A DNA stretch of 64,000 nt from an uncultured Pelagibacteraceae bacterium. GTDB taxonomy: Bacteria > Pseudomonadota > Alphaproteobacteria > Pelagibacterales > Pelagibacteraceae. The notes under the pieces were generated by a model. That model did no database searches. It worked only from the letters and a program-made list of their open reading frames with translations, and was not told the DNA's origin. The position numbers and the translations under genes were made by a program. The stretch covers positions 1,061-65,060 of the forward strand of contig CABYVK010000007.1 of the NCBI GenBank assembly GCA_902522385.1. Direction: 5' to 3'. Of the stretch, positions 1 through 8,969 are shown piece after piece. Numbering within the stretch: position 1 is the first letter of the stretch; every line of letters starts with the position of its first letter.

Positions 1-467
1 TTAGAAAAATTTGTGTTTTCCATGCCAATTTCTCTTGCTTTCTCAGTCATTAAAAAAGCAAATTCTTCCTCCGTGCCAGCTATACCCTCCGCTAAAGCAA
101 CACAAGCATCATTACCAGATGAAATTATTATACCTTTTAGAAGATTTTCAACTGAAATTTCATCTCCAATCATTATAAACATTGATGAATAACCAGCTTG
201 TGACAATCTCCATGCATTTTCTGAAACAATAAATTTATCATCCAAACTTAAATCACCATTTTTGATTAAATCAAAAGCAATTATAGAAGTCATAATTTTA
301 GTCATAGACGCAGGAAAAATTTTTCTATCAGCGTCTTTTTCATATAATATTTCTCCTGAATGATAGTCGAGAAGGATTGCTGTTCTAGCTTTAATATCAA
401 AATTAGCAGCAGCAAAATTAAAAATAATAAAATTACAAAATAAATAAAATAATATTCTTTTATACAT
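1..467 (-). CDS. D-alanyl-D-alanine carboxypeptidase (PBP5/6 family), runs off the window edge
   Basis: Manual translation from ATG at 467: MYKRILFYLFCNFIIFNFAAANFDIKARTAILLDYHSGEILYEKDADRKIFPASMTKIMT (SxxK motif), later SGND (SxN). Not in the ORF track. Typical mltB-rlpA-dac order. Confidence 0.9.
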   Translation of the reverse strand, partial: MYKRILFYLFCNFIIFNFAAANFDIKARTAILLDYHSGEILYEKDADRKIFPASMTKIMTSIIAFDLIKNGDLSLDDKFIVSENAWRLSQAGYSSMFIMIGDEISVENLLKGIIISSGNDACVALAEGIAGTEEEFAFLMTEKAREIGMENTNFS

Positions 468-1221
468 CTTTCAAAATTTCTATGTTTTCAAAGTTTAATA
501 GTTTAATTTCATTAAATGAATTTTCTAAGTTTTTTATATCATTAAATGGACCTATTAATACCCTATATTTAGTTTGTGATAATTTTCTTATTATGGAATT
601 TTTTAAATTTGTTTCATCTCTAATTCTGTTAATCATATTTTCAGCAGAATCTTTATAATAGAAATCAGCAATTTTTATTGAATATGAAAACTTTTGTTTA
701 ACTTTTTTATTTTCCTTATTTTTATTTGAGTTCAAATTATCAATAGTAATGCCATCTACTGGTGCCTTTTCAGCAACTTTCTTTTCTTCCTCAAATGTTT
801 TAGCTTTTTTAGCAACAAAAGTTGAATTTTTGGATATTAATACAAGATCAATATAGGGTTCTTGTGGATTGAGAAACAATTCTTCAGCAATCCTCTTAGT
901 TATAACCGAGTTATAAAAATCAGGAAATTTTACGTTGTTAGAAACTACTTCAGCAATCAAAGATCTATTGTTTGCTGGATTTGTAATCTTAACAAATGAA
1001 TTTTTTTTAATTTTATTATGAAAAATGAGTAAAGATCTGTTGTCGATTTTTTTTGATATTATTTTATTTTTTTTAAGTTGATTGTCATAAATTAGTGCAA
1101 AACCAGTATTTTTATATTTTTGACCTCCAATATAATTTATAGGTTTATCTTGTTTCTCAAATTGATTACACCCAGTTAAGAAAATTATTAAGAAGATTGT
1201 TATTATTTTTTTATAATTCAT
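460..1221 (-). CDS. rlpA: RlpA-like lipoprotein (degenerate DPBB domain plus C-terminal SPOR domain)
   Basis: Lipobox LTGC; VKITNPANNRS resembles the DPBB VxVTNxxNGxS motif; C-terminal YRVLIGPF SPOR motif; lies between mltB and dac. Confidence 0.7.
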   Translation of the reverse strand: MNYKKIITIFLIIFLTGCNQFEKQDKPINYIGGQKYKNTGFALIYDNQLKKNKIISKKIDNRSLLIFHNKIKKNSFVKITNPANNRSLIAEVVSNNVKFPDFYNSVITKRIAEELFLNPQEPYIDLVLISKNSTFVAKKAKTFEEEKKVAEKAPVDGITIDNLNSNKNKENKKVKQKFSYSIKIADFYYKDSAENMINRIRDETNLKNSIIRKLSQTKYRVLIGPFNDIKNLENSFNEIKLLNFENIEILKDV

Positions 1222-2212
1222 TTTTAAATTTGTCTTTCAAAGTGCATACAGCTAACGCAAATCTTAATGATCTGTTCCATTTTAAAATAATTTCATAGTT
1301 ATCAAAAACAATATAAGCAGGGTTTAATGTTTCAGCACCAGGTATAATATTTTTATCTGGCGTAATTATAGCTACATCTAAATTATTATATTTACTATCA
1401 ATTTCATTATTATTTAATATAAATTTTCTTAAATCTTTTAATTTATTTTTATCATGAAGTTTCTTTGCAGAAATATTTAAATACTTGGTTGGGATGTTAT
1501 TAGATAGGCTAATTTTATAATAACAAGGCTGACCACTTTTCCATCCCATTTGATTAAGGTAATTTGATGCAGAAGCATAAGCATCTTCATTATTCTTAAG
1601 GTCTATATAACCGTTATCATCATAATCTATAGCATAATTTTTCATAGTTGATGGCATGAATTGAAAATAACCAAATGCACCAGCCCATGATCCGTAAAGA
1701 GTTCTATAATCAATTTGTTTTGTTTCAATTAATCTCAAAAGTATCAATAATTCGTTAGTAAAAAACTCTGATCTTCTTTTATCAAAACTTAAAGTTGCTA
1801 GTGAAGATAAAATATCCATCTTACCAACATAAGTTCCAAAATTTGTTTCTATACCCATTAATGAAAGAAGAAGTTCTCTTTCGATATCAAATTTTTTTTC
1901 AATTAAATTGATAAGTTCAAAATTTTTCTCATAAAATTTTAAACCTTTGGTAACTTTTTTTGATGATGTTCTTTTAGAAATATAGGTTTTAGTATCTTCA
2001 TAAAACTCTGGTTGGTATCTATCATACTTGATTACATTAGGTAAAAACTTAGTATTTTTAATTACCTTATTAAAAGTTTCCTCTGAAATATTATTTTGAA
2101 GAGCTATTTGTTTAAATTTTTTTTTCCAAATTTCAAAATCTTTATTTATATCTGCATAAGCGAAGTTGTTAAACAATAAAAGAAAAAGTAAAATGTACTT
2201 AATTGATTTCAT
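1211..2212 (-). CDS. mltB: Lytic murein transglycosylase (MltB/SLT_2 family)
   Basis: GIETNFG catalytic Glu motif, GSWAGAFGYFQFMPS, DYDDNG EF-hand-like loop, signal peptide. Confidence 0.9.
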   Translation of the reverse strand: MKSIKYILLFLLLFNNFAYADINKDFEIWKKKFKQIALQNNISEETFNKVIKNTKFLPNVIKYDRYQPEFYEDTKTYISKRTSSKKVTKGLKFYEKNFELINLIEKKFDIERELLLSLMGIETNFGTYVGKMDILSSLATLSFDKRRSEFFTNELLILLRLIETKQIDYRTLYGSWAGAFGYFQFMPSTMKNYAIDYDDNGYIDLKNNEDAYASASNYLNQMGWKSGQPCYYKISLSNNIPTKYLNISAKKLHDKNKLKDLRKFILNNNEIDSKYNNLDVAIITPDKNIIPGAETLNPAYIVFDNYEIILKWNRSLRFALAVCTLKDKFKNEL

Positions 2213-3077
2213 GTAAATCTTTTAAATATATAATTACAGCAATCCAAATAAAAATAAAACTAACTAATTTTGAAATTGAAAAAGCTTCATTATAATAAAA
2301 ATAACCCAATAAAAACTGTAATGTGGGTGTTATATAAAAAATCATTCCAGTCGGACCTAAGCCACATAATTCAACGCCTCTAACATATAAAAATAATGGT
2401 ATTACTGTCATAGGACCAGCTAAAAAAATTATCAACATCATGGATGGATCTGATAACCTAAAATCATTATATCCTGAACTAGAGATTAAATAAAATGCGA
2501 TCAATGCAAATGGTAATATAAATAGGCTCTCAATTAAAAGACCTATATCGGTATCTACATTTATTTTTTTTCTTACCAAATTATAAAGACTCCAGCTTAA
2601 AGCAACAATTAGACCAACCCATGGTAATGAATTAATACTTACCACTATTAAAAAAAGTATTGATAAAACTACTAATAAAATTGAAAAAATTCTTTTACTA
2701 TTAAGTTTTTCATCAAAAAAAAAATTACCTAACATTACGCTTAAAATTGGCATTATAAAATATCCAAAACTTGCATCTATAATTCTATTAGTTGCAATAG
2801 CGTAAATCCAAACTCCCCAATTTATAAAAATCAAAAAACCTGAAATAAATAAATAAAACAAATTAAATTTATTTTTTATTATTTTGAAAAAAATATTCCA
2901 TTTTGAAAATAAGAAAGTCGTTATTAGTAATGTAAAAGTTGTCCAAAGACATCTATGAACCACTAATTCAACATGTCCAATGAATGCTATATATTTAAAA
3001 TAAATTACTCCAAAAAAACCCCACCAAAAAGATCCAGACCCAGCAAGTAATAAACCTTTATTAAATTCTTTATTCAT
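2199..3077 (-). CDS. rarD: EamA/DMT family transporter RarD
   Basis: About 10 TM segments; INWGVWIYAI, ASFGYFIMP, YITPTLQFLLG motifs typical of RarD. Confidence 0.85.
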   Translation of the reverse strand: MNKEFNKGLLLAGSGSFWWGFFGVIYFKYIAFIGHVELVVHRCLWTTFTLLITTFLFSKWNIFFKIIKNKFNLFYLFISGFLIFINWGVWIYAIATNRIIDASFGYFIMPILSVMLGNFFFDEKLNSKRIFSILLVVLSILFLIVVSINSLPWVGLIVALSWSLYNLVRKKINVDTDIGLLIESLFILPFALIAFYLISSSGYNDFRLSDPSMMLIIFLAGPMTVIPLFLYVRGVELCGLGPTGMIFYITPTLQFLLGYFYYNEAFSISKLVSFIFIWIAVIIYLKDLHEIN

Positions 3078-3181
3078 AGGAAATATTGGAACTTTTAATA
3101 AATAACTTTATTAGACTATTTTATAGTTAAATTAAATAATTATAATTATAAAATATTACTTACAAATAGATTAAAAAAATT

Positions 3182-3322
3182 ATGAAGAATGACGTACCGT
3201 ATTCAGGATATATAAAATTCAAAGAAAAAAAGCTTTATGTGATAAATCTATATATATACAAACAAGAAAAAAAAATAAACACAAAGCCTATGCCATTTGT
3301 ATATAGTAAATTAACAGTATGA
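3182..3322 (+). CDS. Possible 46-aa small ORF coupled to the methyltransferase
   Basis: MKNDVPYSGYIKFKEKKLYVINLYIYKQEKKINTKPMPFVYSKLTV*; its stop overlaps the next start as ATGA (3319-3322). Confidence 0.3.
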   Translation: MKNDVPYSGYIKFKEKKLYVINLYIYKQEKKINTKPMPFVYSKLTV

Positions 3323-4266
3323 ATAAAAAATTTATAAAACTATTTATTTGCCCCAAGTGTAAGTTAAATAAACTTGATGTTAGTTTTGAAATTTTAAAAA
3401 TAAAAAAAGCTAAAAAATCAGAAAATATAGAAATTTTACGTTGTAAGAAAGGTCATGTTTTTAGAATTAATAATGGAATTCCAAATTTTGTAATTAATAA
3501 CAAGTTGGAATCTAAAATTTATGACGATGTCTGGAAAAATAATAGATTATCAAAATATAAAAATAAAGACATTAAACTTTACAAGAAAAAGTTTCAATCC
3601 TTTGCAAATATAAAAAAACTAAATTTACAAAATAAATTAGTTTTAGATGCAGGATGTGGAGAAGGAAGGTTTTCATGGTTGTTAAGCAATCTTGGTGCAA
3701 AAAAGGTTATAGCTGTAGACTTTTCAAATGCTGCTCTTAACAGAGCAAAGTATCAGTCAGCTAATCAAAGTAAAATAATTTTTATAAAAGCAGATTTAAA
3801 CAACCTGCCTTTTAAAGAAAATACTTTTGATTTAGTAATAAGTTTTGGAGTAATACATCACAATAAATACCCTGAAAAATTATTCCACATTTTATCTAAA
3901 TTTACAAAACCGGGAGGTATTTTCTCGATTTATTTATATAGAAAATATGGTATGTCGTTTATTCAAGACATGATCAGACCTATTACAAAAAAAATGAATA
4001 GAGATAAATTACACCATTTTTGTGAATTATTTGGTTTCACAGTAACGCCTTCAAAAAAAATGATATTTGATATACCAAATATATTAAAAAAAATTAGATG
4101 GATTGATGTTTTAAGAATTAATATGATTACATTTGAAGGTCTTACCAGCACTTATTGGCATAGATTTTCTATTCGTGAAATAAAAAATTGGTACAAAAAA
4201 AATAATTTTAAAATAATATCTTTTACAAGACATATATCTATGAGTGGGCTTAGATTAAAAAAATAA
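3319..4266 (+). CDS. Class I SAM-dependent methyltransferase with N-terminal Trm112-like zinc-knuckle segment
   Basis: CPKC...CKKGH...INNGIP N-terminus; VLDAGCGEG motif I; LPFKENTFDLV; GVIHH. Confidence 0.85.
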   Translation: MNKKFIKLFICPKCKLNKLDVSFEILKIKKAKKSENIEILRCKKGHVFRINNGIPNFVINNKLESKIYDDVWKNNRLSKYKNKDIKLYKKKFQSFANIKKLNLQNKLVLDAGCGEGRFSWLLSNLGAKKVIAVDFSNAALNRAKYQSANQSKIIFIKADLNNLPFKENTFDLVISFGVIHHNKYPEKLFHILSKFTKPGGIFSIYLYRKYGMSFIQDMIRPITKKMNRDKLHHFCELFGFTVTPSKKMIFDIPNILKKIRWIDVLRINMITFEGLTSTYWHRFSIREIKNWYKKNNFKIISFTRHISMSGLRLKK

Positions 4267-4334
4267 ATTATAGATTATCTAGGAATATATCTAGTTGGAC
4301 CAAACTATGTTCTAAACTAGAACGAGACAGAAAT

Positions 4335-5312
4335 ATGAAAAGTAGAACGAAACTGAAATTTGATAATCACAAAAGTTATGTAAAGAATATAGTTTTTATA
4401 GATGGAATTCCTAGAGTAGGTAAAACCGCTTTGTCATCAATTATAACTATATATAAAAAATCAGAGGTTCTTCAGTTTTGTCATCCTCTGGAACATATTT
4501 TGCCTGCTTACTCTCTAAAACATATTTCTAAATCTTTCTCAAAAAGTTATATAAACACTTACTTTAATGAGGCAATATATAATACTTTTATTAACAGGAG
4601 CCTAAATATTAGGAAAAATGAACTTACAAGCATCTACTCTCACAATAGTATTAAAAATTATAAAAAAAGATTACTTAGTAGTGATGGAGAGAATGTCATT
4701 AAAAGATTAAAAAAAACAAAAAATTTTTTCCCATTCATGTCTCATGATATAATGGTTAATTATTTTAAATTAATGAACTTTAAGTTAAATTTTAGGTTAA
4801 TTGAAGTATACAGAAATCCTGTAGACACAGTTATGTCATGGTACAACAGGGGTTGGGGAACAAGATTTATTAACGACTCTAAATCATGGACTTTAAGTTT
4901 AAATTATAAATCTAAATTAGTTCCCTGGTATTCTGCTGGTTATGAAAAAGAATATCTTAAAAGCTCAGAACTTGAAAGATGTGTATTAAACGTTATAGAT
5001 CTTAATCAAAGATCAATCAAAAATCACCGTAAAATTGGAAAAAATAAAAAAATTTTTGTAATGACATTTGAAGGTTTACAAGTGAATACAGTAACAATTA
5101 TTAATAAATTAAAAAAATTTTTAAACAGTGATTATATAAAAAATTTTAAGAAATATTTAATAAAAGCAAGACTACCAAGAAAATATGATTATGGAAATAC
5201 AATAAAAAATAAAAATTATTTAAAAAAAAATATTAATACTAAATTATTTCACAAGCTTGATAAACTTGAAAAAGCTTATGTTAAAAACACTTATGGAATT
5301 CAAATAAATTAG
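4335..5312 (+). CDS. Sulfotransferase-like P-loop protein
   Basis: FIDGIPRVGKT resembles the 5'-PSB loop GxPRSGT; YRNPVDTVMSW resembles the 3'-PB motif RxPxDxxxS. Confidence 0.6.
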   Translation: MKSRTKLKFDNHKSYVKNIVFIDGIPRVGKTALSSIITIYKKSEVLQFCHPLEHILPAYSLKHISKSFSKSYINTYFNEAIYNTFINRSLNIRKNELTSIYSHNSIKNYKKRLLSSDGENVIKRLKKTKNFFPFMSHDIMVNYFKLMNFKLNFRLIEVYRNPVDTVMSWYNRGWGTRFINDSKSWTLSLNYKSKLVPWYSAGYEKEYLKSSELERCVLNVIDLNQRSIKNHRKIGKNKKIFVMTFEGLQVNTVTIINKLKKFLNSDYIKNFKKYLIKARLPRKYDYGNTIKNKNYLKKNINTKLFHKLDKLEKAYVKNTYGIQIN

Positions 5313-5537
5313 ATTTTGTAAAAGTGGAATTATAAAAAAACTTTAAAATTTGTATATTACAAACCTCAATTTATTTTGGTTAAGAAAAATCAATTTTTTT
5401 GTTAGATAAAGTATTAAAAGAAAAGAACAAAAATATTAAAAGATGATGACTAGGATCCTAACATATAATCTATAACTTTCTGTCAAAAAGGATGTTAACC
5501 CCCCCTCTTAAAGTTTCTTAAATTGAATCTAAATGAG

Positions 5538-5658
5538 CCTCCGTTGGAGGATACCGGACAAACGAAGCGCAACAGCACTGAGTGAGTCCATAATTAGAAC
5601 CTTACTTCCAACATACACTGAGTCTAAAACGGAGTAAAACGATCGGTTGTGTGTGTTA
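5538..5658. other. Structured non-coding element (candidate ncRNA or ssDNA structure)
   Basis: GC-enriched stretch with three foldable hairpins in an otherwise very AT-rich 500-bp intergenic region (see findings). Confidence 0.4.
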
Positions 5659-5811
5659 AAATCCTTTAATTAATATCTAGATAAAACTAATAAAATAAAT
5701 GTTTATAATGACAAAACTTGTATCAAACTTGTACCATAGGCAAAAAAAATTTTTTTTTATTGTGTCTTTTAAGTTGAAAAGATTCTATAAGTCGCATAAA
5801 CACTTGCCTTC

Positions 5812-5901
5812 GGAGAGATGGCTGAGCGGTTGAAAGCACCGGTCTTGAAAACCGGCAAAGGGGCAACTCTTTCCTGGGTTCGAATCCCAGTCTCTCCGCC
5901 A
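5812..5901 (+). tRNA. tRNA-Ser(TGA)
   Basis: GGAGAGA...TCTCTCC-G-CCA acceptor stem; CCGGT-CT-TGA-AA-ACCGG anticodon arm; long variable arm; GGTTCGAATCC T-loop. Confidence 0.97.
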
Positions 5902-6165
5902 CTACTTGTCGACATATTCAAAATTTTTAAATAAATTTGTCACATAATTCTCCTCAATAACAACTTCCGTCTCTAAACCATTTAAGAAATTATATAAATT
6001 TGAATCATCTATATCTAATAATTTTTCTAATTTAATCAAATCGTCTTCATTTAACATATTAATATAGGTTTTAGTAAAAGCACCTAATAGTTTATCCATT
6101 TCTTTAGTGCCTCTATAATTAGAACGATAGATAATTTTTTTTTTTAATTCATCTATATTGATCAT
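5902..6165 (-). CDS. sdhE: Succinate dehydrogenase FAD assembly factor SdhE/Sdh5
   Basis: YRSNYRGTKEMD (RGxxE motif), 87 aa, divergent from recG. Confidence 0.9.
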   Translation of the reverse strand: MINIDELKKKIIYRSNYRGTKEMDKLLGAFTKTYINMLNEDDLIKLEKLLDIDDSNLYNFLNGLETEVVIEENYVTNLFKNFEYVDK

Positions 6166-6190
6166 TATTATTAGAATATATTAATACTGA

Positions 6191-8242
6191 ATGAATATTA
6201 AAAGAAATTATGAGTATTTATTGTCAGATTTAAGTGCATTAAAAGGTGTTGGTGCAAAGACTAAAAGTCTACTAAAAAAGAAAAACATCAATAATCTTTT
6301 TGATTTATTATGGAAACTACCAAAATCTTATACTGATAGAAGTTTATCCTCGAAAATTAAAGATTTGAGAATAGGCGATATTCAAACAATTAATATAATT
6401 CCTAAAAAATATAATTTTCCAAGAATAAGAAATTTACCAAATAAAGTTATATGCATTGATGATACTGGAGAAATAGATTGTATTTTTTTTAATAGCTATG
6501 AGGGTTATGTAAAAAAAATTTTGCCATTAGGAAAGGAAATTACAATAAGTGGTAAAATTAGTTATTTTAGAAAAAAATATCAAATAACAAATCCAAAATA
6601 TGTTTCTGATGATTCGTCTATAATTCAAAAGGTTCACAACCAATATTCATTAACTGATGGTATAAGTGAAAAATTATACAATAAAATTATAGGCCAAATA
6701 ATAAGTAATTTACCTAATCTTAATGAGTGGCATTCAAAAACAATATTAAAAAATTTTGGGAATATAAATTGGAAAGATTCAATTAAAGAGCTTCACAAGC
6801 CTGAAAATATTGGAAAATATAAGAATAATTTTTATCAAAGACTTGCCTTCGACGAAATTTTTTCAACTTTTTTAGTTAATTCAGAAATAAGAAAAAAAAT
6901 TAAAAAAGTTAAAAAAAAAAATAAAGTAATTAATTTAGATTTACAGAATAAAATAATAAATAAATTGGAATTTTCTTTAACCAATGACCAAATAAAAACT
7001 CTAATAGAAATCAACAATGATCTAAGTTCAAACGAAAAAATGTTTAGACTCTTACAAGGTGATGTTGGGAGTGGAAAAACAATTGTTTCATTATTAGCTG
7101 CTTTGAATACAATAAATTCTGGATTTCAAGTAGCAGTTATGGCTCCTACAGAAATTCTCGCAAAACAACATTTTAACTTAGCAAAAAAATTATATCCAAA
7201 CAGAATAAGAACTGAACTAATTACAGGTAAATCAGAATACAAGAAAAAAAAAGAAATTTTAGATAAATTAAAAAATAATAGTATAAACATAATTTTTGGT
7301 ACTCATGCAATATTTCAAAAAAAAGTACACTTTGCAAAACTTGGATTAATTATAATTGATGAGCAACATAAATTTGGAGTCAATCAAAGAAAAAAATTAT
7401 CTGACAAGGGTGGAGATAATTGTGATGTTTTGTTAATGACAGCAACCCCGATACCACGAACATTAACAATGACAATATATGGAGATATGGATATTTCTAT
7501 TATCCGAGAAAAACCAAAAAGAAGAAAACCAATTAAGACTTATAGTAAACCAGAAACTAAAATTGAAGATGTAATAAAATTTATTTCAAAAGAAATTGAT
7601 TATGGAAACCAAGTATTTTGGGTGTGCCCATTAATTGAAGAGTCAAAAAAATTAGATCACAGTTCAGCAATTAAAAAATTTGAATATCTGAAAAAAAAGT
7701 TTCCTGATAATGTCGCATTACTTCATGGTAAAACCAATAATCAAGAAAAAGAAAATATATTAAGTGATTTTTTAAAACAAAAATTTCAAGTACTTGTTTC
7801 AACGACAATAATAGAAGTCGGTATAGATTTTCCAAATGCTAATATAATAATAATTGAAAATGCTAATAAGTTTGGACTTTCTCAGCTTCATCAATTAAGG
7901 GGAAGAGTTGGTAGAGGTGATAAGGATTCTACATGTATTTTAATGTTTAAATCAAATCTTACTGATAACGCAAAAAAAAGAATTAATATTCTTAAAGAGA
8001 CTAATGATGGTTTTGTAATTTCTGAAGAAGATATGAAAATAAGAGGATTTGGTGATGTTTTAGGTTTTAAACAAAGTGGAATTAAAAATTTTAAACTTGC
8101 TGACCCAATTCATAATAGCGATTTATTTTTACTTGCTGAAAAAGAAATGAGAAGAATAGAAAATTCAAATGAAGATATATCAAAATTTAAACCGTTGATT
8201 AAATTATATGATAGAGCCGATATTATTAACGATATAGCTTAA
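6191..8242 (+). CDS. recG: ATP-dependent DNA helicase RecG
   Basis: LQGDVGSGKT, DEQH, TATPIPRTL, QLRGRVGRG. Confidence 0.97.
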   Translation: MNIKRNYEYLLSDLSALKGVGAKTKSLLKKKNINNLFDLLWKLPKSYTDRSLSSKIKDLRIGDIQTINIIPKKYNFPRIRNLPNKVICIDDTGEIDCIFFNSYEGYVKKILPLGKEITISGKISYFRKKYQITNPKYVSDDSSIIQKVHNQYSLTDGISEKLYNKIIGQIISNLPNLNEWHSKTILKNFGNINWKDSIKELHKPENIGKYKNNFYQRLAFDEIFSTFLVNSEIRKKIKKVKKKNKVINLDLQNKIINKLEFSLTNDQIKTLIEINNDLSSNEKMFRLLQGDVGSGKTIVSLLAALNTINSGFQVAVMAPTEILAKQHFNLAKKLYPNRIRTELITGKSEYKKKKEILDKLKNNSINIIFGTHAIFQKKVHFAKLGLIIIDEQHKFGVNQRKKLSDKGGDNCDVLLMTATPIPRTLTMTIYGDMDISIIREKPKRRKPIKTYSKPETKIEDVIKFISKEIDYGNQVFWVCPLIEESKKLDHSSAIKKFEYLKKKFPDNVALLHGKTNNQEKENILSDFLKQKFQVLVSTTIIEVGIDFPNANIIIIENANKFGLSQLHQLRGRVGRGDKDSTCILMFKSNLTDNAKKRINILKETNDGFVISEEDMKIRGFGDVLGFKQSGIKNFKLADPIHNSDLFLLAEKEMRRIENSNEDISKFKPLIKLYDRADIINDIA

Positions 8243-8856
8243 TCTTTTTTTGTTGAAGTGCCCGCAGATACAATAAATTTAGACGCTTCTTCAAATGACA
8301 TATTCAAATAAATCACATCCTCAATTGGAAACATTAATAAAAAACCACTAGTAGGATTAGGTGTAGTGGGAACAAATACATTAATTAAATTTTTACCAGT
8401 TTTTTGGGCCATCTCTCCTTTATTTTCTTTTGTTGCAAATCCAACTGCCCAAACACCTTTTCTTGGATATTCAATTAATACTACACTTTTCTTTCCGTCA
8501 TCTTTTTTAGAAAATGTTTCTGTCATCTGAACAATTGCTGAATAGACTGTCCTTAAAAATGGTATTCTTTTAAATAGATCATCAATAAGTTTGAGTATTC
8601 TTCTGCCTAAAAAAGATAATGAAAGTCCACCCACGATTGTAATCAATAAAATTGAAATTATTATTTCAACACCTGGTATATTGAATGGTAAATAACTATT
8701 TGGATTAATATTCTTTGGTATTAAATTTGAAGAAATTCCAATAAGAATTTTTGAAAGATATAAAGTAAATCCAATTGGTATTAAAACAACAACGCCAGTA
8801 ATAAAATAATTTCTTAAAGTTAATGAAATTGATTTTTTATTTGTTTTTTTTGCCAT
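8239..8856 (-). CDS. DUF502 membrane protein
   Basis: IEYPRKG and VFVPTTPNPTSGF motifs. Confidence 0.85.
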   Translation of the reverse strand: MAKKTNKKSISLTLRNYFITGVVVLIPIGFTLYLSKILIGISSNLIPKNINPNSYLPFNIPGVEIIISILLITIVGGLSLSFLGRRILKLIDDLFKRIPFLRTVYSAIVQMTETFSKKDDGKKSVVLIEYPRKGVWAVGFATKENKGEMAQKTGKNLINVFVPTTPNPTSGFLLMFPIEDVIYLNMSFEEASKFIVSAGTSTKKD

Positions 8857-8969
8857 ATGTTTAACTATAACTAGCGTAAATTACAAAAATTATTGATATG
8901 ATAAATAATAATACTAATATTTTATTATTAAGATTCATGTTAAATTATATTTAACAATTTTATTATAAA

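Noticed and set aside
5570-5600. CTGAGTGA next to a GTCC/GGAC stem as a hammerhead ribozyme
   Set aside because: Does not fit the CUGANGA core spacing, and no correctly placed GAAA and NUH cleavage triplet was found.
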